From an uncultured Chloroflexia bacterium (GTDB taxonomy: Bacteria > Chloroflexota > Limnocylindria > Limnocylindrales > CSP1-4): 64,000 nucleotides of DNA. Under the pieces are notes generated by a model. It had not been told where the DNA came from and made no database searches. It was given only the letters and a program-made list of their open reading frames with translations. This document shows positions 21,335 to 31,300 of the stretch, one piece after another (positions within the stretch are counted from its first letter, which is position 1; every line of letters begins with the position of its first letter). The stretch covers positions 306,243-370,242 of the forward strand of contig CAVOXZ010000011.1 in NCBI GenBank assembly GCA_963700555.1, read 5' to 3'. The translations under genes were made by a program, and so were the position numbers.

Positions 21335-21721
21335 ATGACGACTGGATCGATCGCCGCCATCGTGTTCGCGCTGGCAACGCTCGTTGTCATCGGGTTCCAG
21401 GCGGCCCTTGCCGCGGGCGCCCCATGGGGGTCGTACGCGATGGGCGGGAGCCGTCCCGGTCAGTTTCCGCCGGCGATGCGCGCTGCGGCCGTGATCCAGG
21501 CGGTCCTGCTGGCGGTGCTCGCGATCGTCGTGCTCGACGCCGGCGCCGTCCTTGCCCTTGGCTGGACGGTGGCGATCCCGTGGCTCGCGTGGATCCCGGT
21601 GCTCGTCTCGCTCGCGAGCGCCATCGCGAACGCCGCGACGAGGAGCGTCGTGGAGCGCCGGCTGTGGCTACCGGTCGCGATCGTGATGCTGCTCTCGAGC
21701 GTCGTCGTCGCCACTCGCTAG
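21335..21721 (+). CDS. Small hypothetical membrane protein (about 128 aa, 3-4 TM)
   Basis: ATG at 21335 with a GAGGAG ribosome-binding site 6 bp upstream. The protein is hydrophobic and Ala/Val/Leu-rich. Confidence 0.5.
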   Translation: MTTGSIAAIVFALATLVVIGFQAALAAGAPWGSYAMGGSRPGQFPPAMRAAAVIQAVLLAVLAIVVLDAGAVLALGWTVAIPWLAWIPVLVSLASAIANAATRSVVERRLWLPVAIVMLLSSVVVATR

Positions 21722-21749
21722 TCGGCGGGCCGACCGGGGCGACCCGGCG

Positions 21750-21779
21750 TTGACACTCGCGACGGGCGATTGCTAGACT
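21750..21779 (+). promoter_or_regulatory. Sigma-70-type promoter for hrcA (TTGACA-18-TAGACT)
   Basis: TTGACA at 21750-21755 and TAGACT at 21774-21779. The promoter sits immediately upstream of the CIRCE operator. Confidence 0.6.
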
Positions 21780-21792
21780 TCCAGCAACACTG

Positions 21793-21819
21793 TTAGCACT
21801 CTCAAGGTGCGAGTGCTAA
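21793..21819 (+). promoter_or_regulatory. CIRCE operator (HrcA binding site), TTAGCACTC-N9-GAGTGCTAA
   Basis: Perfect match to the CIRCE consensus inverted repeat, 19 bp upstream of the hrcA start. Confidence 0.9.
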
Positions 21820-21837
21820 CCAACGCAGGAGAGCCCT

Positions 21838-22902
21838 ATGGCGCGTCGCGTGCGTCGCTCCAGCGGCCCCCTTGACCTTCGCTCCCAGGCGATCCTTCGG
21901 GCCGTCATCGAGGAATATGTCACCACCGCGCAGCCCGTGGGCAGCCATGCCCTCGTGGAGCGCTATCGGCTGGGCGTGTCCAGCGCCACCGTCCGGGCTG
22001 TCCTCGCGGAGCTCGAGGCGGCCGGGCTGCTCATGCATCCGCACACGTCGGCCGGTCGAGTCCCCACCGAGCACGGCTACCGGTACTACGTCGAGTCCAT
22101 CGTGGAGTCCGTGCCGCTGCCGCCGGTCGAGCAGCTGATGATCCGCCACCAGTTCGGGCAGATCGAGTACGCGAGCGAGCACTGGTTCCGCCTCGCGGCC
22201 ACGACCCTCGCCTCGGTGACCCGCGCGGCCGGCATCGCGACGCCCGCCAAGCCCAGCGCGGCCCACCTGCGGCGCCTGGACCTGGTGAGCATCTCCGACC
22301 GCCTCGCCAGCCTGATCCTCGTCCTGCGCGAAGGGGCGCTCAAGCAGGTCCTCGTGACGCTCGACCACCCTGCCGACCAGGATGCGCTGTCGGTGGTCGC
22401 CAACCGGCTCAACGAGCTGCTCGACGATCACACGGCCGACGAGGCCGAGCGAGTCCTCGCCTCCCTCGACGGCGAGGACCCCGCCACGGATCTGCCGCGC
22501 CGCGTCGGCGAGCGCGTCGTCCGGGCGCTCCAGGAGTTCGACGGGGCCGCGATCGAGGAGCTGTTCAGCGACGGCCTGCTCAACGTGATGGCCGCGCCCG
22601 AGTTCGCCCAGAGCGAGAAGCTTCGCCGCGTGTTCGCGGCCCTCGAGAACCGTGTCTACCTCGCGGAGCTCATCGGCGACGTGGCCGGGAGCGGCCGCGT
22701 CTGCGTCTTCATCGGCTCCGAGAACCCGGCCGAGGAGATGGCGGACGTCTCCCTGGTGCTCGCCCCCTACGGACGGCCCGGCGGCGCCGTGGGCGTGGTC
22801 GGCGTGCTGGGTCCCACCCGGATGGCCTACCCCCACGCCATCGGCACGGTCCGCTTCGTGTCCGGCCTCATGAACGAGCTCACCGAACACCTGTATGCCT
22901 GA
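21838..22902 (+). CDS. hrcA: Heat-inducible transcription repressor HrcA
   Basis: Full-length HrcA (LRAVIEEYVTTAQPVGS...), preceded by CIRCE. Confidence 0.9.
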   Translation: MARRVRRSSGPLDLRSQAILRAVIEEYVTTAQPVGSHALVERYRLGVSSATVRAVLAELEAAGLLMHPHTSAGRVPTEHGYRYYVESIVESVPLPPVEQLMIRHQFGQIEYASEHWFRLAATTLASVTRAAGIATPAKPSAAHLRRLDLVSISDRLASLILVLREGALKQVLVTLDHPADQDALSVVANRLNELLDDHTADEAERVLASLDGEDPATDLPRRVGERVVRALQEFDGAAIEELFSDGLLNVMAAPEFAQSEKLRRVFAALENRVYLAELIGDVAGSGRVCVFIGSENPAEEMADVSLVLAPYGRPGGAVGVVGVLGPTRMAYPHAIGTVRFVSGLMNELTEHLYA

Positions 22903-23503
22903 CCACCACGGCCCTGCGACCCGGAGACCCATGAACCGCAAGACCCGCGCCCAGGAGCGCATCGACGAGCTGGACACCTCACCGGCCGCCCTGCTCGAGC
23001 AGCTCGAAGCCGTCAAGGCCGAGAAGGACGAGGCGATCGCCAAGGCGGACGAGTATCTCGGCGCGCTCCAGCGCGAGCGTGCCGAGTTCACCAACTTCAA
23101 GCGTCGGACGGCCGAGGAGCGCCAGCGGGACCTGGGCCTGGCCGGCGTGGATCTCATCTCCAAGGTGATCAACCTGGCCGACGACTTCGACCGGGCGATC
23201 GAGACCCGGCCCTCCGACCTGGACGGCAGCGCCTGGGCCGATGGCGTCGCTGCCATCGACCGCAAGCTGCGCCTGCTCCTCGAGAGCGAAGGCGTCAGCG
23301 TTGTCGAGGCCTCTCCCGGCACCGCGTTCGACCCACGCGAGCACGAGGCCGTGGTGACGGTTCCCGGAACCGGCCACGCCGAGGGCGAGATCGTGGACGA
23401 GGTCCGCCGTGGCTACCGGCTCCGTGACCGGGTGATCCGCCCCGCGCTCGTCGCGGTCGCCGCGGCCGGTGACGAAGCCGCGCCGGCCGGTCCCATCAAC
23501 TAG
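22895..23503 (+). CDS. grpE: Nucleotide exchange factor GrpE
   Basis: GrpE coiled-coil plus beta-domain ([22 protein letters not shown]...DPREHEAVV). An alternative ATG lies at about 22931. Confidence 0.9.
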   Translation: MPDHHGPATRRPMNRKTRAQERIDELDTSPAALLEQLEAVKAEKDEAIAKADEYLGALQRERAEFTNFKRRTAEERQRDLGLAGVDLISKVINLADDFDRAIETRPSDLDGSAWADGVAAIDRKLRLLLESEGVSVVEASPGTAFDPREHEAVVTVPGTGHAEGEIVDEVRRGYRLRDRVIRPALVAVAAAGDEAAPAGPIN

Positions 23504-23556
23504 CCAACCCACCCTTCGATTTCGATCCGGACACCACGATCAGGAGACACCCACGA

Positions 23557-25494
23557 ATGGGCAAGATCATCGGCATCGACCTCGGTACGACCAACAGCGT
23601 CGTCGCGGTGATGGAGGGCGGCGAGCCCACCGTCATCCCGAGCTCCGAGGGCAATCGCACCGTCCCGTCCGTCGTCGGCTTCCCCAAGACGGGCGAGCGC
23701 GTCGTCGGTCAGCTGGCCAAGCGCCAGGCCGTCACCAACCCGACCAACACCGTCTACTCGATCAAGCGCTTCATGGGCCGTCGCTGGGACGACCCGGAGG
23801 TCCAGCGCTCGAAGGGCTTCGTCCCGTACAACGTGGAGAAGGACCCCAAGAGCGACGGCATCCGCGTCGTGGCGGGCGAGCATCACTACACGCCGCCCGA
23901 AGTCAGCGCCATGGTCCTCCAGAAGCTCAAGGCCGACGCCGAGGCCTACCTGGGCGAGAAGGTCACCGAGGCGGTGATCACCGTTCCCGCCTACTTCGAC
24001 GACACGCAGCGCCAGGCCACCAAGGACGCCGGCAGGATCGCGGGCCTCGATGTCAAGCGGATCATCAACGAGCCCACGGCGTCGGCCCTTGCCTACGGCC
24101 TGGACAAGAAGCACGACGAGAAGATCGCCGTGTACGACCTGGGTGGCGGCACGTTCGACATCTCGATCCTCGAGCTGGGCGAGGGCGTGTTCGAGGTCAA
24201 GGCGACCAACGGCGACACGCACCTCGGCGGCGACGACTTCGACCAGCGGGTCATCGACTGGCTGCTGGCCGAGTTCAAGAAGGACCAGGGCATGGACCTC
24301 TCGAAGGACCAGCAGGCCCTGCAGCGGCTCAAGGAGGCCGCCGAGAAGGCGAAGATCGAGCTGTCCTCGACGGCCACGACCGAGATCAACCTGCCGTACA
24401 TCACCGCGGACGCCACCGGACCCAAGCACCTCGTGATCAGCCTGTCACGGGCCAAGCTCGAGGACCTCGTCCGCGACCTGATCGAGAAGACCAAGAACCC
24501 CGTCCTGGCGGCGCTCAAGGATGCCGGCCTCAAGCCGGCCCAGATCGACGAGGTGATCCTCGTCGGCGGCATGACCCGCATGCCGGCCGTCCAGGAGATG
24601 GTCAAGAGCCTGTTCGGCAAGGAGCCGCACCGCGGCGTCAACCCGGACGAGGTGGTCGCCATCGGGGCCGCGATCCAGGCGGGCGTGCTGGGCGGTGAGG
24701 TCAAGGACGTCCTGCTCCTCGATGTCACGCCGCTGTCGCTGGGCATCGAGACCCTGGGCGGCGTCATGACCCGGCTCATCGATCGCAACACGACCATCCC
24801 GACCAGCAAGTCCCAGGTGTTCTCGACCGCGTCGGACAACCAGAGCCAGGTCGAGATCCACGTCCTCCAGGGCGAGCGCGACTTCGCGACCGACAACAAG
24901 ACCCTGGGCCGGTTCATCCTCGACGGCATTCCCCCCGCTCCCCGGGGCGTCCCGCAGATCGAGGTCACGTTCGACATCGACGCCAACGGCATCCTCGATG
25001 TCCGGGCCAAGGACCGTGCCACCGGCAAGGAGCAGCAGGTCCGGATCACGGCCTCGTCCATGCTCAGCAAGGACGACGTGGACAAGATGGTCCGCGACGC
25101 CGAGAGCCACGCCGACGAGGACAAGAAGCGGCGCGAGGAGGTCGAGCTCCGCAACCAGGCCGAGCAGCTGGGCTACCAGGCCGAGCGCACGCTCACCGAC
25201 CTGGGCGACAAGGTGCCGGCCGAGGACCGAGCGGAGATCGAGGCCCAGGTGTCCGCCCTGCGCGAGGCGCTCAAGGGCACTGACACCGAGCTCATCTCGG
25301 CGGGCATGGCCAAGGTCATGGAGACGCTCAACCGCGTGTCCGCGGCCGCGTACCAGGCGTCTGCGTCCGAGGCATCCGCCGGAGACGGGGACGGCACCGG
25401 GCCCGATGGCGACGGAACCTCCGACGACCGAGGGGCCGGGACCCCGGACGGCGCCGCCGATGAGACCGTCGAGGGCGAGTTCAAGGAGGTCTAG
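23557..25494 (+). CDS. dnaK: Molecular chaperone DnaK (Hsp70)
   Basis: [32 protein letters not shown], and an acidic C-terminal tail ending EEV-like (EFKEV). Confidence 0.97.
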   Translation: MGKIIGIDLGTTNSVVAVMEGGEPTVIPSSEGNRTVPSVVGFPKTGERVVGQLAKRQAVTNPTNTVYSIKRFMGRRWDDPEVQRSKGFVPYNVEKDPKSDGIRVVAGEHHYTPPEVSAMVLQKLKADAEAYLGEKVTEAVITVPAYFDDTQRQATKDAGRIAGLDVKRIINEPTASALAYGLDKKHDEKIAVYDLGGGTFDISILELGEGVFEVKATNGDTHLGGDDFDQRVIDWLLAEFKKDQGMDLSKDQQALQRLKEAAEKAKIELSSTATTEINLPYITADATGPKHLVISLSRAKLEDLVRDLIEKTKNPVLAALKDAGLKPAQIDEVILVGGMTRMPAVQEMVKSLFGKEPHRGVNPDEVVAIGAAIQAGVLGGEVKDVLLLDVTPLSLGIETLGGVMTRLIDRNTTIPTSKSQVFSTASDNQSQVEIHVLQGERDFATDNKTLGRFILDGIPPAPRGVPQIEVTFDIDANGILDVRAKDRATGKEQQVRITASSMLSKDDVDKMVRDAESHADEDKKRREEVELRNQAEQLGYQAERTLTDLGDKVPAEDRAEIEAQVSALREALKGTDTELISAGMAKVMETLNRVSAAAYQASASEASAGDGDGTGPDGDGTSDDRGAGTPDGAADETVEGEFKEV

Positions 25495-25517
25495 CCTCCA
25501 CGTCCCGGACCCCCCGC

Positions 25518-25544
25518 CGGTCCGCCAGCCCTGCTGGCGGACCG
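25518..25544 (+). terminator. Stem-loop after dnaK (11-bp perfect stem cggtccgccag / ctggcggaccg, 5-nt loop), with no U-tract
   Basis: Perfect inverted repeat 24 bp after the dnaK stop. This fits a GC-rich I-shaped terminator. Confidence 0.45.
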
Positions 25545-25578
25545 CCTCGCGCGCGGGGACACCGCTAGACTCCGATGC

Positions 25579-27000
25579 GTGAAGCTTCAGGGCCGCCGGC
25601 CCGGTGACCTCCGCGTCCGGGTCGAGCGCGTTCGCCCGGTGTCATACCAGGCGGATCCCGTGCGGATCCGCAAGCCTCCGCCGTCGCCGCCCGTGCTCCT
25701 GGCGGCGGGCTTCGCCGTGCTCATCGCCATCGGCACCGCTCTCCTGACCCTGCCCATCTCCTCGAGGACCGGCGACTGGACCCGGCCGATCGACGCCCTG
25801 TTCACGGCCACCTCGGCTGTCTGCGTGACCGGGCTGGTGGTCATGGATACCGGGGTCTGGTGGAGCGGCTTCGGGCAGGCCGTGATCTTCGCCCTGTTCC
25901 AGCTCGGCGGCTTCGGCTTCATGGCCGGCTCGACGTTCTTCCTCCTCCTCCTCGGCGGACGGCGCGGCGGTCTGCGTGACAAGGTCGTGGCCCAGGCCAC
26001 GACCGGCGTGGCCGACCTGGGCTCCGTGATCGTCGTCCTCCGCCGGGTCGCGACCTTCGCGCTGGTGACGGAGGCCGCCGGCGCCGTGATCCTCACAGGC
26101 TGGTTCCTCGGGCAGGGACGCCCGCCGTTCGAGGCGGCCTGGTTCGGCCTGTTCCACGCGGTCAGCGCGTTCAACAACGCGGGCTTCGACCTGTTCGGCG
26201 GCTTCCGCTCGCTGACCGACCATGCCGGCGACCCGCTGCTGCTCGGGACGATCGGTGCCCTCATCATCCTCGGCGGCCTGGGCTACGTCATCGTGTGGGA
26301 CGTGATCTCGAAGCGGGGATGGAGGCGGCTGTCGCTGGAAGCCAAGCTGGTGATCCCGACGACGATCGCGCTGCTCCTGGTCGGGGCGGCCGCGATTGCC
26401 GTGTTCGAGTGGGACAACCCGGCCACGCTCGGCACGATGCCGCCCCCGCAGCGCCTGTTCAACGCCCTGTTCGAGTCCACGACGCTGCGTACCGCCGGCT
26501 TCTCCGCGCTGCCCACGGGCGAGCTCGCGGTGGCCTCGCTGTTCGTGGTGATCGTGCTGATGTTCATCGGCGGGGCGTCCGGGTCCACAGCCGGGGGGAT
26601 CAAGGTGAACACGTTCGCGCTGCTGCTTGTCGCGATCATCTCGACGACCCGCAGCCAGCCGTTCGTCGCGGCCTTCGGCCGTCGCGTGTCCAACGTTCTC
26701 GTGTACCGCGCCCTCGCCGTGGCCCTGCTGTCGGTGGCCGGCGCGATCGTGGTCGCCCTGGGCCTGGAGGTGTTGACCCAGGCGTCCTTCGTCCAGGTCC
26801 TCTTCGAGTCGATCTCCGCGATCGCGACGGTCGGCGCCTCGACGGGGATCACCAGCGACCTGCCGGACGCGGCTCGACTGTGGCTTGTCCCCGCGATGTT
26901 CGTGGGCCGGCTCGGGCCGCTCACCCTCGTCCTCGCCCTGGCCGCCCGATCCACGAGGGTGCGGTATCGGCCGGCCGAGGAGTCCATCCGCATCGGCTGA
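25579..27000 (+). CDS. trkH: TrkH/KtrB-family potassium uptake protein
   Basis: Multi-TM protein with Trk-type P-loop-like segments (TATSAVCVTGL, FQLGGFGF, GASGSTAGGIKV). Confidence 0.85.
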   Translation: MKLQGRRPGDLRVRVERVRPVSYQADPVRIRKPPPSPPVLLAAGFAVLIAIGTALLTLPISSRTGDWTRPIDALFTATSAVCVTGLVVMDTGVWWSGFGQAVIFALFQLGGFGFMAGSTFFLLLLGGRRGGLRDKVVAQATTGVADLGSVIVVLRRVATFALVTEAAGAVILTGWFLGQGRPPFEAAWFGLFHAVSAFNNAGFDLFGGFRSLTDHAGDPLLLGTIGALIILGGLGYVIVWDVISKRGWRRLSLEAKLVIPTTIALLLVGAAAIAVFEWDNPATLGTMPPPQRLFNALFESTTLRTAGFSALPTGELAVASLFVVIVLMFIGGASGSTAGGIKVNTFALLLVAIISTTRSQPFVAAFGRRVSNVLVYRALAVALLSVAGAIVVALGLEVLTQASFVQVLFESISAIATVGASTGITSDLPDAARLWLVPAMFVGRLGPLTLVLALAARSTRVRYRPAEESIRIG

Positions 27001-27015
27001 GCATGGAGGAGATCG

Positions 27016-27678
27016 ATGAAGCAAGCGGTCCTGGTGATCGGGTTGGGGCGCTTCGGCTCGGCCGCGGCGCGCGAGCTGATGCTGCTGGGCCACGAGGTCC
27101 TGGCGATCGATCGCGACGAGGTGGTCGTGAACGACATCTCCCCGGACATCACGCACGCGGTCCAGGCGGACGCGACCGACGAGGATGCCCTGCGGGCGGT
27201 GGGTGCGGGCGACTTCCAGCACGCCATCGTCGCCATCTCGGGCGAGACGGAGGCCAGCATCTTCGCCACCATGGCCCTCAAGAACCTCGGGGTCGGCAAC
27301 GTGATCGCAAAGGCGGCCACGCCGCTGCACGGTGCCATCCTTGAACGCGTGGGTGCCAGCCGGGTCGTGTATCCGGAGCGCGAGATGGGCCAGCGGGTCA
27401 GCCACTCGTTCATGATCCCGGGCGTCATCGACTACCTCGACGTCGCCCCCAAGTTCGGCATCGTGAAGATCCGGCCGCCGGCCTCGTTCGTGGGTCGCGC
27501 GATCAAGGACGTCGAGCTGCCCGTGCGCCACGGCCTGACGCCCATCGCGCTCCGGCGGGGTGGCGAGGTTGCCGTCAACCCGCACCGTGACGACATCATC
27601 AGGGAGACCGACGAGCTCATCCTCATCGGGCGTGACGACCGGATGGAGGGCCTTGCCGACGAGGTCGGACGCCGGTGA
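27016..27678 (+). CDS. trkA: TrkA/KtrA-family NAD-binding regulatory subunit
   Basis: Rossmann motif VIGLGRFGSAAARELMLLGHEVLAIDRD plus a C-terminal TrkA-C domain. Confidence 0.85.
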   Translation: MKQAVLVIGLGRFGSAAARELMLLGHEVLAIDRDEVVVNDISPDITHAVQADATDEDALRAVGAGDFQHAIVAISGETEASIFATMALKNLGVGNVIAKAATPLHGAILERVGASRVVYPEREMGQRVSHSFMIPGVIDYLDVAPKFGIVKIRPPASFVGRAIKDVELPVRHGLTPIALRRGGEVAVNPHRDDIIRETDELILIGRDDRMEGLADEVGRR

Positions 27679-27731
27679 GCCGGGTTTGGGGCGGTCGTTA
27701 GAATGGCGGCAGTCGTTCCAAGGAGCTTTCG

Positions 27732-27971
27732 ATGACCGATACGACCTGGAAGTGGGCCACCCTCGACGAGAAGGGCCTGGAGCTGGTCCAGGAGGCAGAG
27801 CGGACGATCGGCGCGGACGTCGTGCTCGTCTACGCGGCGGGCAGCCCGCGCACCGATGGCCGGACCCGCGAGGGACTGCGCCCCGCGACCCTCGATGAGT
27901 CCGCGCTCGAGTGCCTCCAGGGGATGGAGCAGCAGCTCGGAGCCGTCGCGGTCGCCTACCACCGGGCCTGA
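27732..27971 (+). CDS. Small hypothetical protein (79 aa)
   Basis: AGGAG ribosome-binding site 8 bp upstream of the ATG. GC3 is high. No recognisable domain. Confidence 0.45.
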   Translation: MTDTTWKWATLDEKGLELVQEAERTIGADVVLVYAAGSPRTDGRTREGLRPATLDESALECLQGMEQQLGAVAVAYHRA

Positions 27972-28015
27972 GCCCGAAGCGGGCAATCGCCCGAGACGGG
28001 CGAGCCGCGGGCACT

Positions 28016-28031
28016 CTGCCCGATCGGGCAG
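28016..28031. promoter_or_regulatory. 16-bp perfect palindrome ctgcccgatcgggcag. A second inverted repeat cgcccgAGAcgggcg lies at about 27988-28002
   Basis: Both lie in the 141-bp gap between the small ORF and the first DUF4157-like gene. Either could be a terminator hairpin or an operator. Confidence 0.4.
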
Positions 28032-28112
28032 CGTGTTCTGCCTGTCGACGGGTTCCTCGCGCCGGAGCGCGTGCCTACTCTCGGTCATCGAGACCCCTGA
28101 TCAGGGACGTCG

Positions 28113-28367
28113 ATGCCCGATCGTCGCTTCCAGCGCGAGCCCGACACGGCTTCGCGACCGCTCCCGGGTTCCGGGACCGTCCGCCGTGCCGGCTCGCCCC
28201 TCGTCGAGGCGGCCCTCGCCCTCCAGCGCCTGGCCGGCAACCGCTCATTCGCCGAGCTCGTCGGCCCCGGTGTCGGCGTGCAGCGCGAGCCGTGCACCGA
28301 CTGCCCCGAACCCGATCCGCTGGCGGCGCCGGACACAGCGCTCCCCGAGTCGGATACGCAGGGGTGA
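28113..28367 (+). CDS. Small protein (84 aa) carrying an N-terminal LQRLAGNRSF motif (DUF4157-like leader signature)
   Basis: ATG start, and GC3 of about 88 percent. The motif PLVEAALALQRLAGNRSFAELV matches the LQRxxGNxAV signature I recall at the N-terminus of DUF4157-family proteins. The stop TGA overlaps the next gene's GTG (GTGA). Confidence 0.5.
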   Translation: MPDRRFQREPDTASRPLPGSGTVRRAGSPLVEAALALQRLAGNRSFAELVGPGVGVQREPCTDCPEPDPLAAPDTALPESDTQG

Positions 28368-31300
28368 GCGCCCCGACCACCGTTGCGGCGCGGGCCCGGC
28401 AGACAGCCCGAGCCGACACGGCGAGCCCCGCTCGATCGCCGTCAGGTCCGGCCGAGGCAGCAGGCCCCAGCGAGGGCGCGTCGCTGCTCGCGGCGGACTT
28501 CGCGGGCCAGCGGTCGTCGGTCCAGGCGGCGGCCTGGGACCCGGGAACCGCGCTCGCGCCTCGTCCGCGAGTCCGTGCCGACGATGCGGGCGCACCTCCG
28601 CTCGCGCGGACCGGGGGCAGCGTCCGCTGGCTGTCGCAGCCGGCGGCGAACGCCAGGGGCCCATTGCTCGATCTGCAGCGGCTCGCGGGCAATGGCGCGG
28701 TCGCCCGGGCCCTGCAGCGTGGCCCGGCTGCACGTCCGCCGCGCGACACCACCCCGCGGGCCGGTCCTTCCGCGGAACCCAGCCTCCAGCGCCTGGAGAT
28801 CCCCGGACTGGGCGATGTCGACATCTCGGGCTACATCAGCCGCGCCCTCTCGATCCTCGGTCCAGCCGAGGAATCCCGGGACAAGGCCCGAACGGATGCG
28901 CGCACCCAGGCCGACGATGCCGCCCAGACAACGGATGCCGCGGTGGCCAGCGGCAACCAGCAGCTCGATGCGGGCAAGATCGCCGCCGAGCAGGCTGGCG
29001 AGACGGGGTTCACGGAGGCGCAGGCCGGGACCGATGCGGCTGCGACCGCCGGCAGGGATGAGACCGCTGCCGGCAAGGCGCACGGCGACCACGTGGCCCA
29101 GGAGATCAGCGGGATCGAGGGCTCGGTCGAGGGCATGGTCGACCCGCTCGCCAGGGAGGCGGGCTCCTCCGAGGGCGATGCCGGCCACCAGGCGATCGAC
29201 CAGGCCACCGAACACGCCGTCCAGCCGAGTGGGGCCGCCGACCACACGGCACCCCAGGAACCCGGGATCGAGACCGTTCCCGGCCAGCTGACCCCGACCG
29301 GTGCCGAGCCGGCCGTCTCCCACGGACCCGGGCCGCCCGGCCCTGAAGCCCCGACGCACAACGCCGGAGCGCCGGCGCCAGCGACGGAGCACGGCCCGGC
29401 CCAGGCGGGCGGAGGCGCGGACCACGGCGCCCCCGCACCCGAACCCGGCCAGGCGCCGGCGGCCGGGCCGTCCAGCCCGGCCCAGGCCCCAACCTCCGCG
29501 GTTCCCGGCGGCCAGTCGGCCACGCCTGCGGGCGGCGGGTCGCAACCCAAACCGGCGACGCCGTCGGGTGCCTCGCCGGCTGGTGCCCCGGGACCGAAGC
29601 TCGGCGCCGACGCTGGCGGGGTGGCGGCAGCCGGCGCCCCGACATGTGCGCTCGTCGAGGCCCTCAAGACCGTGACGGGCTGGCGAGACAAGGTGAAGAG
29701 CTTCGCAAGCGGCGTCCTCGCCGAGGTAGGCAAGACACAGATCCCGGGCCTTGGGATCACGGTGGCGGAGCTCGCCGGTAAGGCGAGGCAGGCCGCCCTG
29801 TGGGTCAAGAAGGGCGTCGATGGGATCAAGGACAAGGCCGTCGCCTGGGCCCACAAGAAGGCGGCCGGCATCAAGAAGACCATCACCGACAAGCTCGCCA
29901 CCGCGAAGCGGGTGATCGATGCCACGGTCACCGGGGTCAAGACCGCCATCAAGGGCGCCAGGGAGGTCGTCAGCGGTCTGTGGGACGCCGCGAGGGACGG
30001 CGTCAGCGCCACGATCCAGCAGATCCGGGTCGGCGCTGGGCGCCTTGTGCAGGCGGCGATCGGACGGGTCCGGAGTTTCGTGAACGGACTTCCAGGCCCG
30101 GTCAGGGGGCTTCTTGGTGCCGCGGGCAACCGGATCCGGTCCCTGGTCGGCGGCGATCCGCTGGGGGATGCCGCCGCGTACCTCAGTTCCAGGTGGCAGG
30201 CCGCCAAGGACGGCCTGCGCCGCGCAAAGGAGGGTGCCGTCAAGGTCGCGAAGGCCGTCGCCGACAGCACCGTCAAGGTCGCGGCCACCAAGGTCAAGGA
30301 GGCAACGACCATCGCGAAGGGCGTCGTCGATACCGCCAAGACGGTCGCCCCGTACGTCCTGGGTGTCGCCGCCCCGGGTGCGGTCGCGGTCGCCGGCGCG
30401 GCCAGGGCCGCGGCGGGCCAATGGGGCAAGCAGCTTCGCGACGGCGCCGACCGCGTCAAGAAGGCGATCAAGGGCGAGGCCTGTGAGGCGATCGGCGAGA
30501 CGGTGGGTCCCTGCCTGGACATGTACCTCCCCAAGCCCGACAACAAGGAAAAGGGGTTCGCCAAGCTCAGTGGACAGGCCGACGTCACCGTTCCGCTCCA
30601 CGAAGTCGGCGTCCCGTGCAACGTCAAGGTCGGGCGCGGGGCTTCGGTCTCGGTCGAGCGGACGTCGTCCGGGTACGGCGTGGCCGTCGATGGCGATGCG
30701 TTCGTCTTCGCCAACCTGGCGGCCGGCAAGCAGGGGACCAAGACGGAGGCCAAGGTCGAGCTGCCCACGGGCGGGATGGCCACCGTCTGGGAGCACCTCA
30801 GCGGCGTGCCGGCGGGTCCGCCGGCCGGCGGACCGGCACCTGCGACACCCGCCACGGGCGGCGCACCCGCGGCGCCGGCTCCGACAGGCCCCGCTGCAGG
30901 GGCCCCTGCTGCCCCCAAGCCCAGGGCACCCGGCCAGGCGCCCGGTGGCGGCGGCCCGGACGTCTCGGGCGAGGTTGAAGGTGGCGTCAAGGGCTCCGCG
31001 AACCTCAAGTTCTCCTTCCCGACCGCCGGCGCCACCACCTGCGAGGGTGCAGGGGGCGTGGCGTCGCTGCTCGGGGCGCTCGGGGTGGCGGCATCGCTTC
31101 CGGCGCCGCTCGACGTGCTCGCCAAGTCAGGCGTCGTCGGGGGCTGGGAGGGAAACCTGGTCTCGAACACGGTGACCATGGGAATCGCCGGTGGGGGACA
31201 GGTCGAGGTGTCCGAAGAGGGTCTCGGCGCGCTCAAGGCCCAGGGCCAGGGCGAGACATACATGACCACGGGCGTGGAGCGCCCCGACCAATCGACCCTC

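Noticed and set aside
21802-24698. ORFs 21802-23322 (-), 23469-24698 (+), 23500-24429 (-)
   Set aside because: They are antisense or out of frame relative to hrcA, grpE and dnaK.
25642-28014. 790-aa ORF on the - strand
   Set aside because: It is antisense to trkH and trkA.
27911-28363. Track start of the 1363-aa ORF at 27911
   Set aside because: The first 150 codons overlap the upstream 79-aa gene and the palindromic intergenic region, and they are Arg/Pro-rich. The GTG at 28364, which is GTGA-coupled, is the supported start.
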